Under the pieces are notes generated by a model, which was not told the origin of the DNA, searched no databases, and was given only the letters and a program-made list of their open reading frames with translations. A program made the translations under genes and the position numbers. From Hydrolagus colliei (Eukaryota), in assembly GCA_035084275.1 (NCBI GenBank), contig CM068758.1, positions 5,518,001 through 5,582,000 on the forward strand: DNA of 64,000 nucleotides, given 5' to 3'. This document shows, one piece after another, positions 47,512-60,830 of this stretch; the first letter of the stretch is position 1; the number at the start of each line of letters is the position of its first letter.

Positions 47512-50500
47512 ATAACTGCCACATTTGCTCCAGAAAACCTGTGTCAGGTTATTTATGGAGTGCTTTGGGTAGTTTTGATATTATAAGTGGCATAAAAAGT
47601 ATTCTGCAAATTATTGATGTCCATTGTAATCCTGTTGATTACAACTTCTCCATTGGAAACAATGAAGGGGATCTGATTGGTGAAGTGTCTTAGCATAATG
47701 ATGTCTCACCTCTCGGTTTGACTTCCAGGATGAAAATCACTTTCGTCTGCCGGCTATAAATGACCTTGTGAAGAGTTTAGAATGATCTCTATACAATTCC
47801 AGGCAGGCTCAACATACAACTTCATCCTAAATTCAGCACTAAATTGGAGATCTCACTTGGGTTTCAATCTGAGGAGTGTGGGAAATTCCAAATATTAATC
47901 TCAGGCAGTAGTGTGTGGTCACATTAGACCTTTCAACAGAAACTTCAGGCAGATTAACAAAGTGGACTATTGTAGAACAATGGTATCAAATTCATTCAGC
48001 CTATGGGCTAGATGAATAGATAAGCATGATCAAGGGGCTGTGTAGGGTGGTTTGTATAGAATTTTCAACTGTTGACTGCCCCAATTCCATGAATTACTGA
48101 CCAATCGCTACATGAAGCCTAAATTATATGTTAGTAGCTTTTATCAATGAATAAATACATATCGCTGAATGGTTCAAAATACCATCAATCAAACAACTTA
48201 TTCAGAAGTTAATTGAAGTGCTAGAGACTCGATATCTATTTGAGCATCACAAAAGAATCGTTGTTAGGTTTGATCTCTTCCACTGAGTTCACCATTTAGG
48301 GTAAATTTGGGTGCTTTTGTGTTAATAAAGTTAATAAAATATCATGAATTTTGTAATGCGGTTGGTCACACAACATATTTTCTAACATGTTTGTGAAAGA
48401 TACAGCTGGGAAATACTGTAAATGGCAGGCAATTTCTGTTTTAGTTTGGTTTGGCACTGCAGTTCAATAACTTAATTTGGAGATGAACAGGTACGTTGCC
48501 TAATTCTTCTCCAGTAACTCCTTGCTGATTATATATATATATGGATGAGAGCGCAATTGGTTTGGCTTTGATTCTCCCTCATGACCATCCCTCATTCAAA
48601 CACGATCTGCCTGGATTCATACATTGAATAATTGCCACTTGAGAGGGTGTCGGAGGGCAATTTTAGTAGATCTGTCCTCAAGCATGAAACCATGAAAAAA
48701 GGGAGCAAATTAAAAATTATAGCTTGGTTACAAACAATGTATATTTCTAAAAATCTTAATGCGTTGCCAGTAGCCCTACTGTACTGTCAAGGAAAGAACT
48801 AACTAGAATCCAATGTGTTGTACAAATGACATTTCCAGACACTTCAGGACTCTGCATGAACCTTCATAACTTGGTAAAAATTAGTTTGGATGCTGGAAAA
48901 TGTAACTAAAGTGAAATTTTATTTTAGATGTTCTTATTTTTTCTGGATTATGATCAAACTGGTGATTAGAAGGCTTGGTCAGTGACTGAACCTTATGAAA
49001 ATTCACTTTCCTAAATTTGTCAGTTGCAGATGAAAGGAAAATATATAGCTTAGAAATGTATTATTAGCTAGGAATTACTGTAAGTGACAACATGTTTTTG
49101 ATGCAGCCACTATATTTCTTGTGGCTGTTAGAATCATGTACAAAAAATCTAGAAAGAGCCTTCAACCTGGATTTGGTTGCTCAGAAAAAGTTTATAGGAT
49201 TAATGGACTGCCAGAAAGGAACAAATTTTGATCCCAGGTTAGACCAAGTGGAACAAGTTAATTCACTAGATGTCATGGTAAAGCAGTAAAGTTTTGTGCC
49301 AGTAGAACAACAGGCTGCCAATTGAGGGTAAGGTCATGGGTTTCCATCTATCTGTGCCGTCATGGGGGAAGGATTTGAACGATGGTTTTGCAATAGGAGG
49401 AAGGAACAAATGTCAGGATGAATCGATTTGAGCTGCTTTTCACTCACCAACCGAGGGCGTATCAGTGAAGGTTTAGAAATGAAACTCTTGGTTTGTGACT
49501 AACGAATGCTGATTAGAAAGTACAGATGAGAAATGATAATGGTGGGATAGGTGAAGATTCTAGAAGCACAGTACATAGCATCGCTAAAGTTCTTGCTTGA
49601 TAAAATGTTAGGCTGTATATATGTACGCATTAGCTGGGAACTGGATCAGCCTTGGCTGTGATGCCCTTTCATGGTCGAATAGTCTGCCAACATTTGCTGT
49701 CTTAAACGTGAAGTATGATTTCTTGGGTGAGGTACTAGCAGATGACTGGTATCCCTGGAACTGTGCCTTATTATGCATCAATGTTTCAGGAGAAGAGAGG
49801 GGAAAATCAAGGGGAAAAAATTGGGAACTGCAGATTAAGTGAATGGTTCAAGGAAAACCCACAGCCTCCTGACCTGGGAGAGCAATACCAACCATGCCCA
49901 TGCATCAACATAAAATAAAAGCAACCAGGAAACAAAATTCCACCTGTCTATCCATCATTGTCTGTTTTCTCAGTCTTGTAAAATGAGCAATATGTCTGGT
50001 TGTTAAGCTGTTGTAAAATAGTCAGATCGTTGTTGTTTGGCCTTACACCAGCTTTATTGTGTATTATGGCCATGCACCAGTTCTGCCTCTGCGGGATCAT
50101 GTTTCCCCAGTCTCTTAAGTCTTCCACCTGTAGGTCATGTAACTAGATATCGTCCATTCCATCACTTCAATTCACTGAGGGCACGAAAAAAAGTTCATCC
50201 AATTAAAGGATGAGTCACATGCTGACAAAGTAAATTATGAGATTATGGATTTAAAAAAATAAATGATCTCAGAATCCAAATGACAACAGCAAAGTATATA
50301 ATGAACGTTACATCATTCTCCCTCCCCGGAGAGAACTGGCTCAGATATTTAAGGTGTACTAATTAGAAGTGAAAAGCACTTGAAAACAATACCATCATCT
50401 CCAATGCCAGGAGTGGGATTCAAAGTCAATGAGTATTCTGTCGTTGTGACAACTTAGTCTAACCATTCAATAGAGTAAAAGAAAAAGCACCAACTCATGT

Positions 50501-53500
50501 AGCGTCCACTCCTTACCAATCAAACTCAGATAAAATGATAGGTTTAAAATTCATTTAAAACATGGTAAAGCATTTCTCAGTGCCTTGGGACGTCCTCCTG
50601 AAGTGAAAGGCGTTATCCAAGTGTAATTATGTTGTTGTTGTTGGTAAGGATCTTGAAAGATTGCAATTGCTTTGTCTTTTTGTTCTTTTCTTTGAATTTA
50701 TCTCCCCTTCTTTTATGGAGGTTCTGATTCTGGGACATGGGTTCACAATGCTGACTGCCCTCTGGTAACTCATTGAAATGACCATTCTTCATGAGTCATT
50801 GTGTGAAGCATGTTTTGACAGTCAGTGCTCCATGGACGAGAGGGAATATTACCTTTGATCATAATGTACCCTCACTGAATGTCGATTGGTTAAAAGTAAA
50901 TGGAGTTCTTGGTGGAATTAAGAAAAGTGATGTTTGTCAAATACTAAGAAAGCGACTGAAGGAGATGCTGATGTTTTATCAAATGCATGGTCAGAAGTTG
51001 TTATTGGCTTATTAACTTTAATGTTATTAAATTGTTGTTTATAATCAATCATTGTCCAAATTTCTGGGTAATTGACAACTTACAAAAAAATCAAAGGTCA
51101 AGTTGTAGGTCCAAGAATACCAATCATCTATCTTATTCCACTGAAGTAGAGGTGATCCAAAGGGTACATGAGGTCTTTAAGATACTGAAAGACGTGGCAG
51201 ATAGAGAGGGAAAACAATTTCCTTTAACTTTGTGAATTGGTAAAAAGGGGCATAATTTTTGGGGATTGATGGCAGAAAAGTTAGGAGAGGTTATGAAAAA
51301 ATGTCTTCTTTCAGAAGGTTGTTAATGTTTCAAATTAATTATCACATAGGCAGCTATTTACGCTGGGTCAATATAATTGTTCAAAAGTGACCCAGGTACA
51401 GTACATTGAAAATATTAAGGGACATGTGAAAGAGCTGAAAAATTTAGTTGATTTTAAAAAAAAAGTAGCAGTGACACAGACATGATGACCTCTTTACAGA
51501 AAATATTCTGTTTCTAAGAAACCGGGGCAAGTACCTTCAAGAATGATGGGGAGAATAAAATAAATGGAAAGAAATACCAGAACAGAAAAAGAACATACAG
51601 CTGTAGTGTTTGAATAATAAAAGGTATCTGTTGTTATTCACTTCAGTTAACATGATGTATACGTTTCATAAGCAAAGGGACAGTTTATCCTGGAAATTAA
51701 AGAAAGACAGAAAGGGGAGCCAAGTTTAAAGCTAACCAGAAGATGGATTAACAAATCATTTTGCCAATTTTCTCTTGTTTCTGATGAAAAGTGAATTGGC
51801 AAGCCTGGTTGCACAACATTGCTAGGGGATGCTTTATCAAGCTGCTAACACTTCACAGACTCCTCAGTCAACATGATTTGAGATCGAGGTCTACTGGCCC
51901 ACCAGAGAGCTGCGATTAGCGATTAGTTTAGGAAAAATTGAGCCTAGAACCTTTAGCCTAGCCCCGACAGCATCTGGTGGGAATTCAGAGGCAAGTTAAC
52001 AAGTAGGCCTTTGTTTTTTTTGTGTGTTAAGAATATCCATGAATGACCTGTGCTAACTTGAGCATGCTATTTGTTATGAAAGTAACAGAATAGAAAGACA
52101 CAAGAGCAATGGGGAAGGAGGCAAACATTCCCAGAGACTCAAGGCTCTTAGTGATTCTCTAGAGGGTGATATAAATGCCTCCCTTGCTTTCAAAGAGGTT
52201 GCTATCATGTTGTTGGAATATCCATCTGCTTTGCAACTCCACTACCTGCATGAGGTTGTAATAGAATAGGACTCCATCATTGTCTTCCTAGTGCTGTTTG
52301 GCTCACCGTCACCAAAAATAAATCAGATGAGAATTGTGGTTCAGCAGCCATTCACTGTCTAACACATATTACACAGCTCTGGTACACCCTGTAAAATCTG
52401 ATATGTGTGTGGCTCTTGACATAATTATTTATTGCCAAAAGATCGACAGAGGTTAGAAGATTTGTTAGAATGTTATTGGAATGTGGAGTGCTTTACCCAA
52501 ACATGACTATTTAAGCCAAATCCAAAACAGCATTTGAAAGAAATAAATAAATACTCCCAGAAATAATGTTGAAGGGCATAGGGGGAAAAAATGAAAAATG
52601 GGATTCCAGTAGATCACTTATTTGAAGGAACTACACCAACGAGAGCTTGATGGGCTGAATTTTCTTTTTTGTTGCTGTAAACTGTGTCTTGTTCTAAGAA
52701 TAGCCATTTTATTTAATGAAAGGGAAAAATGACGCTGGAAATAATGCATGTGGGAAAACTGATGGTACTTTTTATCTGGGTCAACACTGCAGATCACTGG
52801 GGAGAAATTCCACCTGGGAATTTCTAGATTTATTCAATCACACAGAAATCTGGCAAATTGCTAAATTCAATCTTCACTTTGAAGCCAGCATTCTGTAATT
52901 CTTAGAAGAACTTATGGAAAGTCAACTGAAAATTGAGATTGCATTAAAAAAATTGCCAAATTCTGGACACACTGAAATGCTAAGAAAATAGAATAAATCT
53001 AGAGCCAGGTGCAATCTCTACCCTTTTATTATTTTCTTTTAGGTCTCCCTCCCTCCCACCCACCCCCCAATCCTGTACATTTTAGGATGACTTTATATTG
53101 TCTGCTAAACACACAGATCAAGGCAAGAAGTAGGAATTTATACTCTTTATTCTGAAGACACCAACCAATGAACCAATCAAAAAACAGATGTATTTAAAGC
53201 CTGTTGTAAGTAGTTGAATTACTAGGTTTTTCCTCTTGTGCTCCTATACAACACTGAAACGAGTTGTGGCTCAGCCAATATCTGTCCTATTAAGGACAAT
53301 TATCCTGTAATTTGGTTTAACTGATCAGGTTATTTACACAGGATAATAGTTTAGCTGAGATTACAGAACGAACATTCTTCAAGAGGCTATGTCATCGTTT
53401 GGGGAGTTTTGTGGATAGGTTCAGTCCTTGGAACAGTAAGGAACATCCTGTGCCAAAGTTCCACCATGACAGTGCCCTGGGAGAAACCCAGGACTGCAGC

Positions 53501-54989
53501 TGACATACTCCTATAGCATGACCTTTGTCCTCAGTATTTTAGTCTATTTTAATGTTCTTTTTATTCATTTTACACTTTATACCAATTAACCCTTCCTTTC
53601 TACACCTCAATTGAATTCTCTGTTGTCAACAGGATGCTGATTTAGCACTCAGAAACTTTAACAATTGGACCAGGAATGGTGATTGAGGCTAGAACACATT
53701 TAAAAAGTTGCTGGATGGGAGGTTGGTAGGGTGGATAAGATCAGGTGGGCCAAAGGGTCTCCTTTATGTAACTTATTCTTGAGATCTTGTGATAATAGCC
53801 ATTTTTATTCAATGTGTTGCCCTAGAGTGTCAATGTACTGCCATGGTTAAAGAAAATAGTATTCATCAATGTACAGTATTTTAGAAAAAAAAATTGAGGC
53901 ATACACTAGGGAGAAGGGAATAGAAGAGGGTAAGAGAAGTGGTGAGGGCTTGTGTGGAATATTAATACCAGCAGGGAATAAATAGTTGGCCTGAATAGTT
54001 TGTTTCCACCCATATCACTCTATTAACTCAATGTAACTTCTTGACATTGACATCCAGCATCAAAGTTACTCATCTTAAAAACAAGGAATGTCACCCCAAA
54101 TTTTCAACTGCTGTGAAGAATTCTAATCCTTTAATCTTAACATAGATATTGAGTCAGGATCAATCCACTTTACTTCTGTAAAGCTCTTTAGTTCCATGTG
54201 AAATGTTTTTTTGAGGGCAGTTCCAAGTCAAGTTGATGTGGGTGCCGATCATAAAACTAACCTTGATGTGATTTTATTTACGTTTAAAAATACTACTTTA
54301 TTTAGAGGCCATTCTCAGTGTGGAACCCCAAAGTTCCTTTGTATCATTGTCCTTTTAAAAAGAATTGTGTTCAAGGATGAAAAAGGTCAAAACAGCCAAC
54401 TCACAATTTCTAAAATTGAAGTCTTAGTTAAACATGTTTTGTTTCCCCATTAATAAATTACTCATCATTTTGTATCTTTTAACCCAAGCCATGTGCATAA
54501 TAATAATCAATGTAAGCATACATTTTTGCTCTGGGGGTTCTCTGAATCCAATTCTTACATCTACTGATTTTAGTATCCATTTAAACATTGACCATATATT
54601 GTAGTAAGTTAGCACATTGACCTTTCATGCATTGAAACTGGATTTTCTCTCTGATTAGCTATAAGGATTCAAAGTGAAGTGCGTTGGGAGTCTTTGACAC
54701 TAAGCTCCAAAAGGTGGGAACCTATAGCACAAATCTGCCAAGAGTTGGACACCTAATGGTGTTGCTAATACCATTTCTGGTAATATTAATCTGGCTCTCT
54801 TCCAGCCAATGTGAGTGTTACTTGCTGTTTCCCCAATGATCTTAAAGTAGACCTGGAATGCATTTATTTTTACAAAAAAAACACATTGAAAATGTATACT
54901 GTAGTATTGGGATGAATTATATGTTCGCTTAAAATAATTAGAACTTTCATAAAAATTATTCCTATTTAGAAAGTGGTGTTTTAGACAGC

Positions 54990-55468
54990 ATTTACAAAGC
55001 TCATACAGAACTCCGCCGCCCGCATTCTCACCTGAACCAAACTTCGCTCCCCGATTACCCAGTCCTCGCCAGATTTCACTGGCTCCCTGTCACAAAGCAA
55101 ATCGACTTCAAGATCCTCACTCTTGTGTTTAAATCCCTCTTCTCTCCACCTCCCAACTTTTCTAACCTCTCTCGTCACATCAGTACCTGCTGCCTCAGCT
55201 TTTCTGGGTCTGGCCTCCTCCTTGTCCCCCGAATCCTCCCCTACACCATAGGCGGCAGTGCCTTCAACCATTATGCCCTGAAGCTTTGGAACTCCCTCCC
55301 TCAATCATTTTGCCTCACCCCCACCTTTTCCATTTTCAGGTCACGTCTGAAGACCTCGGTCAACTTCCCCCTTGCCCTGGCTTGGCCCCTGGCTCCACTA
55401 TTGTGAAGTGCTCTGAGATGCCGTCTGGCATGGAGGGTGCTATATAAATGCAAGTTGTTGTTGTTTGT
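54990..55468 (+). mobile_element. L2 LINE 3' end
   Basis: cagaactccgccgcccgcattctcacc...atcgacttcaagatcctc...ctttggaactccctccc, ending in tatataaatgcaagttgttgttg. Confidence 0.9.
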
Positions 55469-57134
55469 TGTACAAATGGAGCCAGAGCCATTAATATGCA
55501 TTAAACTGGGGATATCATCAAAGTGAATGCAGATACACAGACAGTGGAGGGAGAGGAGAGTGCAGGAGAGATAGAGGAGGGAGACTAAGAGATGTCTACT
55601 TCATCTATCTACCTTACACAGTCGAGATCACTAACTCTTCCCAGCCATCACCTTGTATTAATGACTGTATTTCTACCAATCTTAATCTATCTGCCTCACA
55701 CAGTTGGGTTTAGTAACTCCTCTCATCCAACACTGTTATTAACTGTACTGATGTTTATCAGCACTATTGGACTCTACTCTCTGGCTCAGCAATTTAGATC
55801 AGGGTCTTTGTCAACATTAAATTTTGATACATTAAAATATCCTTTATTCTAAAACATCTAGAAACATCTTCTAAAACATCTAGAAAATACAGTCACTACA
55901 TTTTACAGTAAATCCTGTCAAGTACTTTGAGATGACCTGCCAACCTGAAAGTTGCTCCATCAATTGTGAAGATTATTATTGATATTTATTTTTTTAAATG
56001 ACAAAAGGATGTAAAAGTTGTTCCTGATGGGTGGGTGCTTGTGTCCGTGCGAGAGTGCACAAGAGAGATTAAGAGTTGGGCTTTCAATATGACAGTGATG
56101 GTGAGGCCTCTCTGTGACCTATGTGGCTGCGTGCTATCTTCATATTGCCGGGTAATCAGGAAAGTGCTCACAGCTGCTTGGCACTCTGGGAGTGAAATAT
56201 GCATGAAGCAGATGCAATGCAGCAAGAATTTGGCAACACCATAAAAATAAAATCATCATCAATGAAATAACAGATAAATGCAACATTCAAATGTGATCTT
56301 AACTGTCACAGATAATATGATCCACCTCAATATTTTTAAACCGTCCAAAACCGCTCATTAGATTTCCAGCAGTAACTTTGCTCCCTGGCATCTGTTATTC
56401 TGTATAGAAACCATTTAAACCCCTCAATTAGATTCTAACCAGTAACTTTGTTTTTCAGGCCTGTGTGATTCTGGACCCTTAAAGTCAGTTTTTTTATGTT
56501 TTTCCTCCATAAATACTTGCATTTTTTGATGAAAGTCGATCAGTAAAAATAATTTTCTCAACTTCGGGTACGTACATGTCCTGCTGATTGACACAACCAT
56601 TACATACCGATGGGTGACTTCTGAACCCTGTGATGATGCATAGCTCTGTGTCAATTTTCACTCACAACCTGTTTAGTTGTGGCTGAGACAAATATGGTGT
56701 TCTTTGAATAGCTTTAACACAGGCAGAAATACACATTTCAGCAACTTGATATTCACAGATTTTTCACCAAATTTACCTATTTGGCATCAGATTTTTTCTT
56801 TCAATTTTCTTGGGTTTTCTACATGAAAAATGGATCTGAAATGTCCCCAAAATACAATTTTTTAATATCCTTCATGAATAGCAAAGACTTTCATAGTCTT
56901 GTTACTTTGCATGTGAGCCATCTTAAAACCATGCAGTAGTTTACAGACTGTAACTCATTCTCAACAGTTCATCACTCTATATATAGTATTCACCATCATA
57001 ATCTCTCGAAAATGGATTGCTGAGTGTGAGTTACAGGTTGGAATCTGAACAAGAGGTGGGGAAAGTTTAGAAATAAACTTATTTTGACATTTTTCCATTC
57101 TGGTTCTGTATCAACTGCAGTTATGGCGCTTAAA

Positions 57135-57290
57135 TGCCCTTGTTGGACTTGTTCTGTTCCCAATATGTATATATAAATGACCTGGACTGCAGACTGAGTG
57201 CAAGCTAGTTACATTTTTGGATGACACCGAGCTTCGAGAAGCTTTCAAATCAGAGAAGGAAGACTACAATCAAATAAATTTGCAACACAC
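57135..57290 (+). mobile_element. CR1 reverse-transcriptase fragment
   Basis: Translates with one frameshift as YINDLD / LQTECKLVTFLDDTEL...EKED, equivalent to CR1 YINDLD..CKISKFADDTKL. Confidence 0.65.
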
Positions 57291-59329
57291 ATTTTCAGCT
57301 TCTGCTTGGTATTAGTAAGAATCATTAGTTTAGGCTACTGCCCTGTCTTTTGCCCGTACTTTCAAAATATTTTCCCTTTTCAAATCTTTGTCTAATTTGA
57401 GTAGTGCATTCCACATTGGGAGGATGTCTCAAAGTACTTCACAGGAAGCACTGCACAGTGGCCAAGTTGTGCAGAGCAATGGCCCACGAACAGTCATCAA
57501 GTGATTATCTATTTTTATTGGGGGTTGTTGGGCAGGACACCAGTAGGATGATACTTCCAGAAATGCATTGCAGTGTCAGCCTGGATTATATGGTCCAATT
57601 TAGCCAGGCTGACACACAGAAGCTTTCAACTTGTGAAAGCTATCATGAGTTTGACTTCCAAGTCCTTAGGCTGATTCACTCTTACTTATCCCAACATCTT
57701 CACTTTGTCACAGAAATCTGCCTTGCTCCTCTGCCATGAATTTCAGTACCTCTGCAATTCTGACTGTCTTTCAGATTAAATCTGTTTTTCAGATTTTTAA
57801 GATTCAATCTTCAATGAGTTCTAGCTGTCTGCAGTTCAATATCGACAAGCCTGAAACTTGCTTAGCTCCCGTCAATGCTCTCTTACATCAGGCACAAACA
57901 GTATTGTCCTGCCCAGGTGCTCTCTTCACTTCATTGTTTTCTTCCCAACTGTCCTTCAAATGCTACCACATCTCTCACCTTCCACAGCACTGCTTGTCTC
58001 TGACAAATGTAATTGATAGGATTTTATCTGTGAAGCACTTTGATACATTTTACTGTAAAAAGTGCTTTTATTTTTGACGGGGGGGGGGGGGGGACGAGTC
58101 AGATGAATGTCTGACGTATGTGGATGACCATCTCCATGCTTCAGAATAACCAAACAGAGTGTCATGCATCCCACCTACACATGGAATTTTGCGTGGAATG
58201 GAATGTAAACTCATTCCCTGAAGAGATGCATCCTGTTTTTCTAATTGTTAGGCATGGTGTGGCAAGAGCTAAGACTTGGAGACCCCAGAGTGTGCATTGT
58301 GGTGTTGCTGGAGTCTAACCAGCTAAAACCGCACAGCTTGCCATTGAAAACACTGTCTGGCAAGCTTTCTCGTTGCTTGTGAAGTTAGGACCACCCTAAG
58401 GGTTTGGCTTGCAGCTCTAGACTGGGAAGAATCCTTGCCCAGTGATTGGTCTGCCCCTCCAAGTTTTATTGAGCCAGCCTGGCTGTGCTTTTGACACCTG
58501 ACAAGGGCAGGTTTGAACCCTCATTGGGTGAATGGCATGTATCAGGAACTCCCTGTGAGTTTGTTGCAATATCAAGTGCGAGGAATGTTGTTGTGAAAGT
58601 CAACTTTTAAGGACTAACATTAGGAAGTTTTTCTTTGCACAGAAGGTGGTTGGTCAACAGCTGGAAAGGGTTATCAAGTAGAGTTTTAGAAGGCTGAACA
58701 CTGGATTCATTTAGGATCTGCCTTGCTGCTTTATTGAGAAGGAGATATTCAGAGGATATTCTGGAAAGATTAGAACAAATGGATTGAAAGGCATTCTTGA
58801 CCTGAACATCTGTTATATAATTGGTTTCCAGTTCCTCTCAGCGTATGGTTGATTCACTTTGGGTTGGTTGCAACGTTCTTGGTGTGCAGCACCTTTGAGT
58901 GGAATGATGCAGTTTCCGGCCTTCCCTCCATTCTGTTGAATTTGCGGCCTCAGGCTGCTTTGGGGAGGTGTTAAGTGGAATCACTGTGTGGCAGGTTGGC
59001 AATGGAATGTTGTGGAAGTGGCAGCAACAGCAGTCAGCTTGAAGAGTAGTGTTGGCCAGAAAACTGGGAATCATGTTAACCTTGACATCCTCCTCCTAAC
59101 TCCTGGAGATACAGTATATAAGTGCAAGTTGATGTAATTGTTGTTACAGAATCTGATGACAACTTTGTGGAGACACAACTAGGAAATAGAAAGATTTAAA
59201 ATACTTAAGAAAAATTAAAATGCAGCTGCGGAATTTCTACATATTCAGCAACCTATAAATTAGTGAAATACTGTTTATTGGCAACTTCAAATCAGTAAGC
59301 CAATTTTGGTCCACTTGCAATTTCTAATG

Positions 59330-60830
59330 TCCACATGAGCCAAGCAAAGCACTACTGACTGGCACGCTCCAGAGACATCTGTGGAAAAGTGTTAGCAAGA
59401 ACCTGCTGGGAATTCTTATGAAAGTTTTAGCACATTCTGTTCACAGCCTCACCAATAAGGACTTTACAAACAGACATATAAAGGAAAAAACAGAGCTTGG
59501 CAAGCATTGATGTGAAGGTTTTATTTTTCTGAGCATCAATATTTTTATGACACTTTAGCATGACCTGCTTTCCACGGACTCTTCTTCAACTCACCTGCGT
59601 GATGGGTTGAATTTCAATGGTTTATGGTGGAAGGAACCACTGACAGCATCTGAGGAAGAGGCAATACCTGTGAAGTATACAGGACCAACTGTGTCAATGG
59701 CATGGTGATTTCCATTATGATTTCACTCCCTGAGTTGATTCAAGGATGTGCACCATTTCACCTGAGCTCAGTTATTTTATTAAAATGGTGACCCTGAAAA
59801 AGAAATGGGATGCACGATCCAAATGCTTATTTTTTGGTCTATTTTTTCCTCTCTTCTGAAAGTGTCAGTTGTTCCACAATGCCAGTAGTTGATTAGTATC
59901 ATGTGAGCCATGACAGTAAGTGTTGGCAAGCTATATGATAATGGGATGGATGCAATGGGTGAACATAATTGTTCTTGCCCAACATTTATGTACATGTACC
60001 TTTCAGAATGATTTCACTTTAACAATCAGACTAACTTTCCTTGCCTTTGTCTGGGGCAATAATAATGCTAACTGTAGCCACTGCATCACCATTTTGGCTG
60101 AACATTTAGTGGCTGAATCATTGGAGGAACCTGGATTCCATTTTCTTGCATTTTGAAGGTTTATCAAAGATGACAACTAGACAGTTTCTTCAAAAATAAT
60201 ATGTCACACATTTTCTACTTCCCTTCCTGAAATTTCACTCCATGTCAGTAATATGTACTCCCTTAGATCCATGCTCCTCATTTGTTGAGAGTCCAAGGGA
60301 TTCAATTGGTCCCGGTTAATCTGACATTTCTTTTTGACTCAAAACAAGCATGGGCAATTGATGGCATAAACAACTAGTCCTGAATGGTGCCAAGATCTAA
60401 AAGAAATGTCAACCAATAAAATAAGAATGGCTCCAAAATGGCCATAGGGTTCATTTTAGAGCCAAATTCATCACCTCTTTGGCCTCAGTGAGGGATCCGC
60501 TTGCCCACTGCAGATTTTATTAATTGCATAAAGAGAGAAAAGGAACAGTGCAAAAACGCTCTCCAAACTAGTACATTCCAAAAGGCATTTTGTTCAAATT
60601 GAAGTAGAAGCTTGGTGCCAAGCAGTGGAGGAAGTGCCAATTTTGGAGAAGTTTGCTGGGGACTATGTAAAGTTGACAATGCCAAAAATCACTTTATGCT
60701 GCTATCCTCCTTTTTTTGTTTGCTTATTTTTGTGGGAATATTGTTTGCGCCAAAAAAATGTTGGGGAATGGGACATTTTCTACTGTACTTGTTATCAATG
60801 CCAACACAAAGCTCGCTCAATTCAGAAGTG
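59330..60830 (-). mobile_element. Heavily decayed piggyBac/PGBD-like transposase relic
   Basis: Collinear minus-strand remnants: IK*FLAL, ERF, EEHG, LLTWSE...HIIFEE, ENGI, INACQ and a Cys-containing end. These resemble PGBD2/3 motifs FKCFLG, RDRF, EEYG, HFVFNNFFTS and NAWQ. Matched by eye only. Confidence 0.45.

Noticed and set aside
48169-48215. SEC14L1-like start (ATG GTT CAA AAT ACC)
   Set aside because: Similarity to MVQKYQ ends after three codons, the frame closes quickly and there is no donor.
49445-49512. Minus-strand exon (tttctaatcag|...cggttg|gtgagt)
   Set aside because: Stops occur in all three frames and no partner exons were found; at most a non-coding exon.
56424-56654. ORF starting MTQSYASSQ, reminiscent of RBFOX MAQPYASAQ
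   Set aside because: It has a non-ATG start and no similarity beyond nine residues; coincidence.
59900-60830. Plus-strand hAT transposase relic (GW..NII, EWDIF, HKAR)
   Set aside because: The matches are weaker and less collinear than the minus-strand piggyBac-like interpretation.
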